This document shows positions 50,660-59,818 of a stretch of 64,000 nucleotides of DNA, in pieces. This DNA is from Clostridia bacterium (GTDB taxonomy: Bacteria; Bacillota; Clostridia; RGIG6154). The position numbers were made by a program, and so were the translations under genes. The stretch spans positions 96,001 to 160,000 of the forward strand of contig JAZNOU010000005.1 in the NCBI GenBank assembly GCA_045589295.1, in the 5' to 3' direction. The notes beneath the pieces were generated by a model. It was not told where the DNA came from and did not search any database. It saw nothing but the letters and a program-made list of their open reading frames with translations. Every line of letters starts with the position of its first letter. The stretch's first letter is position 1.

Positions 50660-51330
50660 TTTTGGGGAAATAAAGTTAAGTTGTTGTTTTTATCACATAT
50701 TCCTAAATATATTTCTTTAGCATCGTGATATTTTTGTTTTTTCAATTGTTTATCAAGCCATGCCAGATCAAGTCCAAGCCTTTTTAAATTTTCGTGTAAA
50801 ATCCGTCCATCCATAATAATTTCTGTGCATATTCCCGTTTCTTGCACATTCAAGTTAACATCTTGTGGGGTAAGAGGTCTTTTTTCACTCTTAGGCAAAA
50901 TTGTTATTCTTCCGTTGTATTCAAAAACTGCTGTTTTTATATCGTTTAGATTGAAATATCCTTCCTGACGGCACAAAACCATAAACTCAGAAAGCTCAAG
51001 TTTTGCTTTTTTCATATTTTTTCGATATATTTTCCCGTCATTCATAATAATGGTTGGTGTTCCGTTAATATATTTACGAGTTTTGGGAAATTTGTGTGCA
51101 AGTATTGTAAGTCCAAGTGCAACAGCACCATAAATCACCATTGCAATAAGTGGTTTTTCCGGTTCTTCCAATTCCGTTGCAAGTTCAGCTGCTATTGAAC
51201 CAATGGTGATGCCTGTAATATAATCAAAAAAATCAAGTTGTGCCATTTGCTTATGTCCCATTATTTTTGCAATTACAAACAACGATATTACTGACAGTAA
51301 AGAGGTTAAAATGACTTTGATAAATTCCAA
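50656..51330 (-). CDS. DUF421 (YetF-like) membrane protein
   Basis: GHKQMAQL.FFD..ITIGS, AVFEYNG.ITILPK, IIMDG. Confidence 0.88.
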   Translation of the reverse strand: MEFIKVILTSLLSVISLFVIAKIMGHKQMAQLDFFDYITGITIGSIAAELATELEEPEKPLIAMVIYGAVALGLTILAHKFPKTRKYINGTPTIIMNDGKIYRKNMKKAKLELSEFMVLCRQEGYFNLNDIKTAVFEYNGRITILPKSEKRPLTPQDVNLNVQETGICTEIIMDGRILHENLKRLGLDLAWLDKQLKKQKYHDAKEIYLGICDKNNNLTLFPQN

Positions 51331-51394
51331 TTATAAATCCCTTCCTTTTTTCTTATTATGCATTATCAGCAAAACATTTATTATAATTTTTAAA

Positions 51395-51434
51395 AACTCC
51401 TCACGAAAGATTAAACAATCTTTCGTGAGGAGTT
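51395..51434 (-). terminator. Intrinsic terminator after the sugar operon
   Basis: AACTCCTCACGAAAGATT...AATCTTTCGTGAGGAGTT perfect stem, T-run on minus strand. Confidence 0.8.
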
Positions 51435-51465
51435 CATATATCATAAAAATAAAATTTAACAGCTT

Positions 51466-52413
51466 TTAATTGCATTCAGCAACAAGTGGACCTTCCAAAT
51501 CGTTAAGATAAAAAAGTTTACCCGGAAGTGTTGGAATATAGCTTGATGTTATCCATCTGCTTGGTCCATATCTCAAAGTCATCCAAAAGCTCATTCCCTG
51601 CCACTGCATTCCTCTGTTAAAAGCACCATCGCATCCGCCTATAGCATAGTCAGCCTTCAAGAACAAGCCAGGACCTATTGTGTTGGCTCTGCATGGAACT
51701 AAAGTTGTGCGTGATTTAAAACTTGTTATAGCATTTTGTTCAATTGTTAACGGATGAAGTTTAGCCCCTATACGATATGGCTGTTTTGCCCATTCCTCAT
51801 CAGTGGCAAACTCTTCACCAAAATGAGGCTCCCAAAAAGCAATATGACACATTCTGCCAATACCATAAACGAGTACAAGCTTTGCACCTTCTTCTTTTAA
51901 TTTAGCAATTTTCTCTGGGTATGTAGGCAGATTTTCCTTTGTTGCAAAGTTTCTCTGGTTTTCAGGAACAGTAAGCTCTCCTAATGGAATAAAAAGTGCG
52001 TTGCACATTGCATTTTGAAATGCTGCAGGATCATTTGATGGCAAGGTATTGCCATCCTTATCAGACCATTCATCCATATTAAAGGTATATACGTGATCAC
52101 ATTTTATGTTCCACTCTTTTAAAAAGTATACAGCCCACTTATACATTCCCATCGGACCTACCGGAAGTATAAATGCAATTTTTTTATTCTCTTCTTTTGC
52201 TTTTTTTATTTCAAGCGCGATTTCGTGTCCCATATATGTGTCAAATTCGCCCAAGCTATCACATTTGATTGGGTTAAAGTTTTTGTTCCAGAAGTTTTGT
52301 CTTTCAGAAACCTTGTTGTTTGGATTACAACATTCATCAATTTTTTTCATATCCCAGCCCTGAGGATAAAATCCTTCAAGCATAGAACCCTTTACAGTAC
52401 TTTGAAAATCCAT
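51466..52413 (-). CDS. Glucosamine-6-phosphate deaminase/isomerase-like (NagB fold)
   Basis: [24 protein letters not shown]. Confidence 0.75.
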   Translation of the reverse strand: MDFQSTVKGSMLEGFYPQGWDMKKIDECCNPNNKVSERQNFWNKNFNPIKCDSLGEFDTYMGHEIALEIKKAKEENKKIAFILPVGPMGMYKWAVYFLKEWNIKCDHVYTFNMDEWSDKDGNTLPSNDPAAFQNAMCNALFIPLGELTVPENQRNFATKENLPTYPEKIAKLKEEGAKLVLVYGIGRMCHIAFWEPHFGEEFATDEEWAKQPYRIGAKLHPLTIEQNAITSFKSRTTLVPCRANTIGPGLFLKADYAIGGCDGAFNRGMQWQGMSFWMTLRYGPSRWITSSYIPTLPGKLFYLNDLEGPLVAECN

Positions 52414-52427
52414 TTTTATTCTCCTCT

Positions 52428-53372
52428 TTATGAATTAAGTTTTTTGCGGACCTCGTTAACAACAATTTCCACCAACTTGTCAACATCATTTGTAAGTCCT
52501 TCAATTGCTGAATATGGCGCTTTGCCCTCACTTGAAAACAATTTCATTTTTGCAGCAGTTTCCTGTTTTACAGCTTCTACTGCTGCAGGTATCAAGTCAA
52601 TGATACCTTTGTTCATATCAGTAAACTTCGAAAACTCCGCCTTCACTGCTGCAATATTAATGTCTGTAAAAATATTAACCTTGCTGATACCTTCTTTAAT
52701 CGCAGTTTTAAAATCATCATCTGTAAGCCCTGAACCGCCATGTAGTACCAACGGAACACCAACACTATTTGCAATTGTTCGTATTCTGTCAAAGTCAAGC
52801 TTTGGTGGCAATTTATAAGCACCATGTGCATTCCCAACCGCTATCGCTAATGCGTCTACCTTGGTTTTTTCAACATAGTCCTTTGCCATCTTAGGATCAG
52901 TGAAAAACTTACTTGGGTCAGCAAGATGAGAACTGCCCTCAGCAGAACCCTCGTTATCACCAACGTGACCAAGCTCACCTTCAATAGTTGCACCAAATGA
53001 GTGTGCAATTTCTGCCATTTCTTTAACCTTTTTTACATTTGTATCATAATCATCTGTTGAACAATCGTACATAATTGAAGTAAAGCCTAATTCTAATGCT
53101 TTTAGACAAGTTTCTTTCTTCAAACCGTGATCTAAATGGATAACCACAGGTACTTTTGCCTTTTTAGCCATAGGTATCAGATAATATGATACTTCCTCCA
53201 GCGGACCATACGGAAACAAAACCTCAGCAGTACCAATAATTACAGGTGACTGCGTTGCTTCTGCTGCACTTATAATTCCGCGTGCAAGTTCCATATTCAC
53301 AGCGTTAAAAAGACCCACTGCATACTTATTCTTTTTTGCTGGTAAAAGCACATCGTTTAATGTTACTAACAA
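52428..53372 (-). CDS. Class II fructose/tagatose-bisphosphate aldolase with C-terminal extension
   Basis: HLDHG, EGELG, GNAHG, LHGGSG, KVNIFT. Confidence 0.92.
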   Translation of the reverse strand: MLVTLNDVLLPAKKNKYAVGLFNAVNMELARGIISAAEATQSPVIIGTAEVLFPYGPLEEVSYYLIPMAKKAKVPVVIHLDHGLKKETCLKALELGFTSIMYDCSTDDYDTNVKKVKEMAEIAHSFGATIEGELGHVGDNEGSAEGSSHLADPSKFFTDPKMAKDYVEKTKVDALAIAVGNAHGAYKLPPKLDFDRIRTIANSVGVPLVLHGGSGLTDDDFKTAIKEGISKVNIFTDINIAAVKAEFSKFTDMNKGIIDLIPAAVEAVKQETAAKMKLFSSEGKAPYSAIEGLTNDVDKLVEIVVNEVRKKLNS

Positions 53373-54322
53373 CTTGTATCCACCCCTTTATTCATAAAAC
53401 TTATAATTTCCTGATATGATTTAATGCCCTCGGTAGCACCTTTTGCCATACAACAGTGTGCACCTGTGGCATTTCCGACTTTAGCACAGTCTATGATGTT
53501 CTCACCACGAGCATAAGCTGCCAAAAATCCTGAGCAAAAGCTGTCGCCTGCACCTGTTGTATCAGCTATATTTTCCACCTTATACACAGAAATTACAATA
53601 CCATCACTTTTTACATCAGGTCTGCAATAACAACCTTTTGAGCCGCATTTTATAACAACAGTTTTAACACCTTTTTCAAATAGTACGTCTGAAATATCCT
53701 TTAGATCTTCCTTGTTGGTAAGCATCTTTGCTTCGTCGATACTTGGCATAAATATATCTATGTACGGCATCGCACAATCTAAAATTTTGCTCCATTGACC
53801 GGAAGAATCCCAACATACATCCAAAACGGTTGTTTTGCCCATAGACTTGCATTTTTTCAAAAACTCCATTGTCTGTATACCATCGAAGGTATCCATAAGA
53901 AATGTTCCTGTAACAAAAATAATGTCATTGTTTCTTATTATATCAAAATCAATATCATCTATTGAAAATGCACCATTTGCTCCTCGGCAATGAAAAAATG
54001 ACCTTTCGCCAGTGTTTTTTTCTATCATCAAGACAGACGTTGAAGTCTGTACTTTATCGTAGGTTTTTATTCCATCAGTCTTAACATTAGCTTTTATCAG
54101 GCAATTTTTTAAATAATCACCAAACATATCATTTCCAACGCCACCTATTAGGCTTGACTCCACCCCAAGTTTTCTTAAATTGATTGATGCAGTCATCGCG
54201 TTGCCACCGCTGTGCATTGTTATTGAATTTACTGGCACAAGCAAACCGTGCTCGGGATACGTTTCTACCGGCTCAACAATAACATCTGCCACCATTATTC
54301 CTACGCAAGCAACTTTTTTCAT
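53366..54322 (-). CDS. PfkB family carbohydrate kinase
   Basis: GGNA, GNDMFG, DTTGAGDSF. Confidence 0.92.
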   Translation of the reverse strand: MKKVACVGIMVADVIVEPVETYPEHGLLVPVNSITMHSGGNAMTASINLRKLGVESSLIGGVGNDMFGDYLKNCLIKANVKTDGIKTYDKVQTSTSVLMIEKNTGERSFFHCRGANGAFSIDDIDFDIIRNNDIIFVTGTFLMDTFDGIQTMEFLKKCKSMGKTTVLDVCWDSSGQWSKILDCAMPYIDIFMPSIDEAKMLTNKEDLKDISDVLFEKGVKTVVIKCGSKGCYCRPDVKSDGIVISVYKVENIADTTGAGDSFCSGFLAAYARGENIIDCAKVGNATGAHCCMAKGATEGIKSYQEIISFMNKGVDTSC

Positions 54323-54334
54323 AACAAAACTCCT

Positions 54335-55039
54335 TTAAGGCAACAGTCTTTTTGCCTGCACTTTTCCCCATGCATAGCACTGTGAAAATGCTTCTGCATA
54401 CTCACAATCACACTGATAACCCCTGAACTTTGCACAAGTTACAACACAATCTGTAAGGTCAATGTTATCATGTTCTTTAAGCCATGTATACTGACTTTCG
54501 TGACATTTTAACATTTCGATTTTTGTGTCAATTTCATCTGTTATGTCTACGAATTCTGTGGGAATAAATTCAAAACCTCTCGCGTTTTCCATATAATAAA
54601 TGGGAACGAGTTTTGCAGGATTCATTTCTTTCGATTCATAGTGAGGTACTGTTGCTAAAAAACTAGCATCAAAAACAAGTTTGCTTACAGCAACATGATC
54701 AGGCATATAATCAGTAGGCGCGTGTGTTATAATAAAATCGGGATTTGCCTTTCTTATAACATCTACAACCTTGTCACGTTGTTCCTTGCTGCTTTCATAT
54801 GCCAGACAATCTCCTATGTCACATGTAACGACCTCAATACCCGCAACTTTTCCGGCATTTTGTGCCTCTTGAAGACGTATCTTTCTCAATTCTTCGGGAC
54901 TAATTTCAATATGTCCAAGATTGCCATTGCAAACATGACACAAAGTAACTTTGTCACCACGCTTTACACATTTTGCCAAAGTTCCTGCGCAACAACATTC
55001 GGCATCATCGGGATGACAAATAATTGCCAATACATTCAT
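54335..55039 (-). CDS. PIG-L/LmbE family de-N-acetylase
   Basis: HPDD, R..EA, DYMPDH, HESQ, YAEAF. Confidence 0.9.
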   Translation of the reverse strand: MNVLAIICHPDDAECCCAGTLAKCVKRGDKVTLCHVCNGNLGHIEISPEELRKIRLQEAQNAGKVAGIEVVTCDIGDCLAYESSKEQRDKVVDVIRKANPDFIITHAPTDYMPDHVAVSKLVFDASFLATVPHYESKEMNPAKLVPIYYMENARGFEFIPTEFVDITDEIDTKIEMLKCHESQYTWLKEHDNIDLTDCVVTCAKFRGYQCDCEYAEAFSQCYAWGKVQAKRLLP

Positions 55040-55153
55040 AATTACTCCTCCTTAGTCATCATTGACTTTATGCTATTTATATTGTATAATATTTTTAAAA
55101 AAAAGTCTTTGACAAATCAAACGATTTTTTTATCATTTCTTCCGGAGGTACAT

Positions 55154-56029
55154 ATGTTTAGTACACAATACATATCAGAAAACTTTAAAATCAAAGGTTT
55201 TAATAGCATTTATTATTTTGAATTTGATAATAATTTCAAAAGCAAACCGGAAAAACACAATTTTTGGGAAATGGTTTATGTTGATAGCGGCAGCATTTTT
55301 GCTGTTGCTGATGGAAGCAGATTTGTTCTTAACCAGGGTCAAGCCATCTTCCATCAGCCTAATGAAAAACATTCACATATTTCTAACCCTAAGTCCCACA
55401 ATAATATGTTGATAATTTCGTTTACCTGTAACAGTCCGGCCATGGATTTCTTTTGCAAGAAAATATTCACATTTGACAAGACCTCCAAAACTATTTTAAG
55501 CCTTTTTATAAACGAAACAAAAAACGCCATGGGATACATACCAAACAAATATACTGACAGAAAAAATCTTGATTTCTCAAATGAGAAGTTTGGCTCTACA
55601 CAGCTTTTAATGTGTTATCTTGTAGAATTGCTTATAAACATTTCAAGAACCAACAATGAATTGGATGACAACGTTTCCTTTAAGCAAGTATCACGTTCAA
55701 TGACACATGACTCAATCGCGAAATTAATTGATGACTATTTGAGTGATAATATATACTCGAATATCACTCTTTCAGATATTTGCTCGGTTTTTATGATGGG
55801 CAAATCGCAACTTAGTTATATTTATAAGACAAATTATGGCATCAGTGTTATGGACTCATATAATAAAATGATTATTACCGAATCAAAAAAACTTCTACGC
55901 GAAGACAAATACTCCATCAGCCAAATTTCTGACAAATTAAATTTTTCATCTATACACTGCTTTTCACGAGCATTTAAAAAATCAGTTGGTGTTTCACCAA
56001 CTGATTATAAAAAAAGAATTAACTTATAG
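55154..56029 (+). CDS. AraC family transcriptional regulator
   Basis: Cupin HNFWEMVYV; C-terminal ISQIS..LNFSS..FSRAFKK..GVSP; ATG 55154 after GGAGG. Confidence 0.9.
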   Translation: MFSTQYISENFKIKGFNSIYYFEFDNNFKSKPEKHNFWEMVYVDSGSIFAVADGSRFVLNQGQAIFHQPNEKHSHISNPKSHNNMLIISFTCNSPAMDFFCKKIFTFDKTSKTILSLFINETKNAMGYIPNKYTDRKNLDFSNEKFGSTQLLMCYLVELLINISRTNNELDDNVSFKQVSRSMTHDSIAKLIDDYLSDNIYSNITLSDICSVFMMGKSQLSYIYKTNYGISVMDSYNKMIITESKKLLREDKYSISQISDKLNFSSIHCFSRAFKKSVGVSPTDYKKRINL

Positions 56030-56036
56030 AAAAAAT

Positions 56037-56068
56037 AAAAAGCACTTCTTGTAAAAGAAGTGCTTTTT
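56037..56068. terminator. Bidirectional terminator
   Basis: AAAAAGCACTTCTT-GTAA-AAGAAGTGCTTTTT. Confidence 0.8.
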
Positions 56069-56127
56069 GGTGCTCGAAACCGGAATCGAACCGGTACGGG
56101 GATCACTCCCCACGGGATTTTAAGTCC
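56068..56127 (-). pseudogene. 3' 60-nt fragment of tRNA-Leu(TAA); att boundary of a second integrated element
   Basis: Minus strand GGACTTAAAATCC, variable arm GGGGAGTGATCCCC, GGTTCGATTCC, CACCA; acceptor 5' strand and D-arm missing. Confidence 0.88.
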
Positions 56128-56260
56128 AATAACTCGGTGATTGTGCTATATTAATTGTGATTACAGATTACCATTTAACGTTATATAATTTGGCTTAAAA
56201 TCTACATTTGTAACTGATTTTATGCAAAAGTGAAGTTTTATTATAATAAAAATATTTTCG

Positions 56261-56287
56261 AATTTGGTGGAAATTTGGTGGAAATTT
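56261..56287 (+). repeat. Tandem AATTTGGTGGA repeat (candidate integrase arm-binding sites)
   Basis: AATTTGGTGGA-AATTTGGTGGA-AATTT about 135 bp inside the att core. Confidence 0.55.
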
Positions 56288-56509
56288 TAATTGGTGCTTA
56301 TATAACATATAATGAATAGAATGAATTTGAGACTTAAAACATTCTTTAAATGTTAAGATAAGTCTATTATTGCTTGCTTTAATACAACTAATAGTAGATT
56401 TATTTTAGTATTTAAAGATATTTTTATATTACGATACTAAAACCGCTGCCATACCAACTTAAAATGAGAGTTTTATTGACAATTTGAAAGGAGGAAAAGA
56501 AAAAACATA

Positions 56510-56854
56510 ATGAATGAGAGAATTATTAAGCCGGGTGTAATTCACAGAATATTTGAATTAACCAAAAGCAGAAAACAAAATCATAGTTTAGAAACAATTA
56601 ATGAGATAATAACAGCTTTTCTGGATGTGATTGAAAATTCTATATCAATAGGAAGTGCTGTTGTTCTTAATGGATATATGGTAATTGAACCTCGCCATAG
56701 ACCGCAGAAGAAAGTTTACTGTGCCGGTAAAGGAAAGGAAATAACTATCCCTGAACAGTATAGGGCGTATATAAAACCCGGCTCAAAACTTGCAACCGCA
56801 GCTAAACGATACACGGAAAAGAAAATAGGAGAAATGCATGGACACTATAAATAA
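56510..56854 (+). CDS. HU/IHF-like DNA-binding protein
   Basis: IITAFLDVI..G..VVLNGY..RPQKK...GKEITIP...IKPGSKL. Confidence 0.8.
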   Translation: MNERIIKPGVIHRIFELTKSRKQNHSLETINEIITAFLDVIENSISIGSAVVLNGYMVIEPRHRPQKKVYCAGKGKEITIPEQYRAYIKPGSKLATAAKRYTEKKIGEMHGHYK

Positions 56855-57260
56855 GAATGAATTGATTGATAGAATATCAGCAAAGCTCAACAAAGAGCGT
56901 ATTGTAGTTGGTGGTAATAAATACGCCTACAAGAAAAAATACCACTTGAAATACTCTGAAGCTATTATAAGAAAAGTAGTAGATGCCTTTTGGAGTGTTG
57001 TAGCCGACACTATAGCTGACGGAGATAAAATATCAATTCAAAATTACATAACGATATACCCAAAGTACACAACTAATGGTAACATCAATTCCTTTTGCGT
57101 AAAAACTAAGGCAAAGGAAAAGCTAAAAGAAGCTTGTAGGATATTGAACACCGGTAAAAAAATACCTGATGATCTTCAGCCAATACCACCGTCTGATATT
57201 TTTCATGAAACATTTGCTTTTTGGGATGAGAAAGATGAGGCACAGATAGTAGAATATTAA
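56838..57260 (+). CDS. Second, divergent HU/IHF-like protein
   Basis: INKNELIDRIS, VVDAFWSVVADTIADGDKISI; arm region shortened. Confidence 0.6.
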   Translation: MDTINKNELIDRISAKLNKERIVVGGNKYAYKKKYHLKYSEAIIRKVVDAFWSVVADTIADGDKISIQNYITIYPKYTTNGNINSFCVKTKAKEKLKEACRILNTGKKIPDDLQPIPPSDIFHETFAFWDEKDEAQIVEY

Positions 57261-57431
57261 AAAACATAACAAATCATTAAATGGTGAGACTACAGCCTTA
57301 AAGTGTAGGGACTCCCATCTGCCCGGAGTAAAAAGAAAGTTTGCAGAACCATATTCAGTCATAGATGACTTCACCGCTTCGGTGAGGTCTATTTTTATGC
57401 CTTGATTGTGGGTTGTTATAAAGGAGGACGA

Positions 57432-58757
57432 ATGAATGACAATAAAACATATAAAGAGGGGCAAGATTGGTTAAGTGACATCCTCACAAATGAGGTAACA
57501 AAAATTTGTAACAAGTGTGGCATGATACTACCAATAGATAATTTTAGAATTGTTAAAGGACAATTTCACAACCCCTACTATTTAGGACACTGCAAAAAGT
57601 GTGAATATAAATACCAAAGGGATTATCTAAAAGAAAAGAACAAGATAACACTTTCGGATAATGTAGAAATACTCATAAAAAGAAAGTTCAAAACCATAAA
57701 TCCTTATAGAATATTAGAAATAAACAAGACATCTATAGTGCCTATCGGCACAGACGAAGTTTTTGTTAAGTTAATGGATTATAAGAATGTGTGGCTTTCT
57801 AATTATGGACGTATTATAAGAAGTACGCCAAGTGGTAAATACAAGTTATTACAAGGTAGGCGTGACAAATACGGAGTGCTCTATTACACTTTGCCAAAGT
57901 TAAAACTTATTGACGGCGAATGGGGTTGTGTAAACACAAGCCTACGTGCTGCAAAAGCTGTTGTTGATGAATTTATAGTTAATCCTGACAAAGCAAACAA
58001 TATCTTTATTTGGCACAGTGGCTATAAAAAAGAGGATTGTTATTACCGAAACTTATATCCATTAAACCAAAATCAATATAAGGTCGTGAAGCAAAGCTTT
58101 ACTGAAACGGGAGAAAATTCAGAAGATTTCATTATCAAAGTAATGAACGAGCCTAAATATCAACCTGATAATTGGAGCAAACAATGTTTAGAGCCTGTAT
58201 TGTGCGGCATAGGATATCACGGCACTCTATACGAAAATAGCAATGTCGAATCGTATTTAAGGTGGTCTGATATGATGAATCGTTGTTATAATAAAAAATT
58301 TCATACAAGACAGCCACAATATAAAGAATGTGTTGTATGTGAAGAATGGCATAATTACAGTAATTTCAAGGTGTGGTATGATGAGAATAAAGTTCCCGGA
58401 ATGGCGTTTGATTTAGACAAAGACATCGTATTTAAAGGCAATAAAGAATACAATCCTGCAACGGTTTCTTTTGTTCCGCACATTATTAATACACTATTTT
58501 TAAATGGCAAAAGCAATAGAGGTAGTTTGCCGTTGGGAGTGAATTTCGATAAATCTCATAATGACTATAGGGCACAAATGAACGTTATGGGAAAAATAAA
58601 GAAATTAGGTTATTTTAACAACGCCATAGACGCATTTAACAAATATAAGGAATATAAAGAAACATTTATTAAAAACATGGCTGAGCAATATAAGGCTCAG
58701 ATACCATATAAAACGTACATAGCAATGTTAAATTGGGAAGTGGAAACCACCGACTAA
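57432..58757 (+). CDS. Phage HNH-like endonuclease with N-terminal zinc finger and C-terminal AP2-like domain
   Basis: CNKC..CKKC, WLSNYGR (NUMOD4-like), WSDMMNRCY, VCEEWHNYSNF, LDKDI, LPLGV..YRAQ..LGYF; ATG 57432 after AAGGAGG. Confidence 0.72.
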   Translation: MNDNKTYKEGQDWLSDILTNEVTKICNKCGMILPIDNFRIVKGQFHNPYYLGHCKKCEYKYQRDYLKEKNKITLSDNVEILIKRKFKTINPYRILEINKTSIVPIGTDEVFVKLMDYKNVWLSNYGRIIRSTPSGKYKLLQGRRDKYGVLYYTLPKLKLIDGEWGCVNTSLRAAKAVVDEFIVNPDKANNIFIWHSGYKKEDCYYRNLYPLNQNQYKVVKQSFTETGENSEDFIIKVMNEPKYQPDNWSKQCLEPVLCGIGYHGTLYENSNVESYLRWSDMMNRCYNKKFHTRQPQYKECVVCEEWHNYSNFKVWYDENKVPGMAFDLDKDIVFKGNKEYNPATVSFVPHIINTLFLNGKSNRGSLPLGVNFDKSHNDYRAQMNVMGKIKKLGYFNNAIDAFNKYKEYKETFIKNMAEQYKAQIPYKTYIAMLNWEVETTD

Positions 58758-58838
58758 TTTATTATACCTCTATAAAGGCTATATTGGATATTGATTTATC
58801 TGATATAGCCTTTATCTGTTGTAAAGAAGGGAGGCTAA

Positions 58839-59291
58839 ATGAGCATACAGCAACAGCTACAAAAAATTACAAGCCGGATAGATTTAAAGTTAAACCGAGC
58901 AGCACAAGAAATTATGCTAAAGACTAAAGAACAACTCAAAGAGTCTGTTAATGATATATGGTATTCCACCTACTCACCTACAGATTATATTCGCACATAC
59001 GAAACGATTGATGCGGTTAGTGGTAAGGTGGTAAAAAATAGCAAAGGTAATTACACAATAGAGGTGTATTTTGATGAGAATTTAATGAATTCAAAATCAA
59101 GCACCTATGGCTGGGGTACACACTCAGGCTTTGATGGTGGAGATTTTAGGAAAGGTCTTATTAGCAGTATTATTCACGGCATGGGTGGTTCTAAAAACAA
59201 TCCCAGGTATGGTGAATCCACCAATGTTATTGAGGTGGTTAAACAAGAAGCAGAAAGATATGCAAATAGCATATTAAGAAAATATTTATAA
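58839..59291 (+). CDS. Phage protein, possibly HK97 gp10-like neck/tail-completion family
   Basis: WYSTYSPTDYIRTYE motif, size, position upstream of tape measure. Confidence 0.5.
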   Translation: MSIQQQLQKITSRIDLKLNRAAQEIMLKTKEQLKESVNDIWYSTYSPTDYIRTYETIDAVSGKVVKNSKGNYTIEVYFDENLMNSKSSTYGWGTHSGFDGGDFRKGLISSIIHGMGGSKNNPRYGESTNVIEVVKQEAERYANSILRKYL

Positions 59292-59315
59292 AAAATTTAG
59301 GAGGATTTAATAGTT

Positions 59316-59807
59316 ATGAATAAAAGAATTGATTACAAAGGAACAGATATTACAGAGATTTATAAGTTGGCTCTTATTGGTGCTGAGTTTGTAACAGAAA
59401 AGAATGAAAATGGTATCGCACTTGTTAATTCACTTAATAAAGAGCTTTATACAAAGACCGTTTTGCTTGCAAGGTTTTTAAAAGTCGTTGACATTCCCGA
59501 AGACAGAGTTATGAACTTAGATCAGTACAAAGACAATGACTTTACTGTTACAAGCTTTTCCTGTGGTAGAATGACAAGAAAATTAAGAGCAGATTATGAT
59601 TTGTTCACATCTATGCTTAATGACGAAATAAGAAATTGTCTTGAAAGAGAAAACGATGTTAACATCCGTATTAATGAGATGATGGCAGTAGACTTATCTC
59701 CTGAAAACCTTGAAATTATGCAGAAAAATGCCAAAGAGTTTACATCACATTTAAAGAAGATTACCAAACTTATTGAAAAGGCAGATACTACAAAAGTTAA
59801 AGCGTAA
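59316..59807 (+). CDS. Hypothetical phage protein (possible tail assembly chaperone)
   Basis: 163 aa, AGGAGG RBS, immediately before the tape-measure gene. Confidence 0.55.
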   Translation: MNKRIDYKGTDITEIYKLALIGAEFVTEKNENGIALVNSLNKELYTKTVLLARFLKVVDIPEDRVMNLDQYKDNDFTVTSFSCGRMTRKLRADYDLFTSMLNDEIRNCLERENDVNIRINEMMAVDLSPENLEIMQKNAKEFTSHLKKITKLIEKADTTKVKA

Positions 59808-59818
59808 GGAGGTAGTCT

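Noticed and set aside
54695-55153. N-terminal extension making AraC 444 aa
   Set aside because: Overlaps the opposite-strand PIG-L gene; a GGAGG-preceded ATG at 55154 gives a normal-sized AraC.
56068-56160. Functional tRNA-Leu gene
   Set aside because: Sequence 5' of the anticodon stem cannot form a D-arm or pair with the acceptor 3' strand.
59316-59818. Programmed -1 frameshift typical of tail assembly chaperones
   Set aside because: No convincing slippery heptamer near the stop and no room for a second frame before the tape-measure start.
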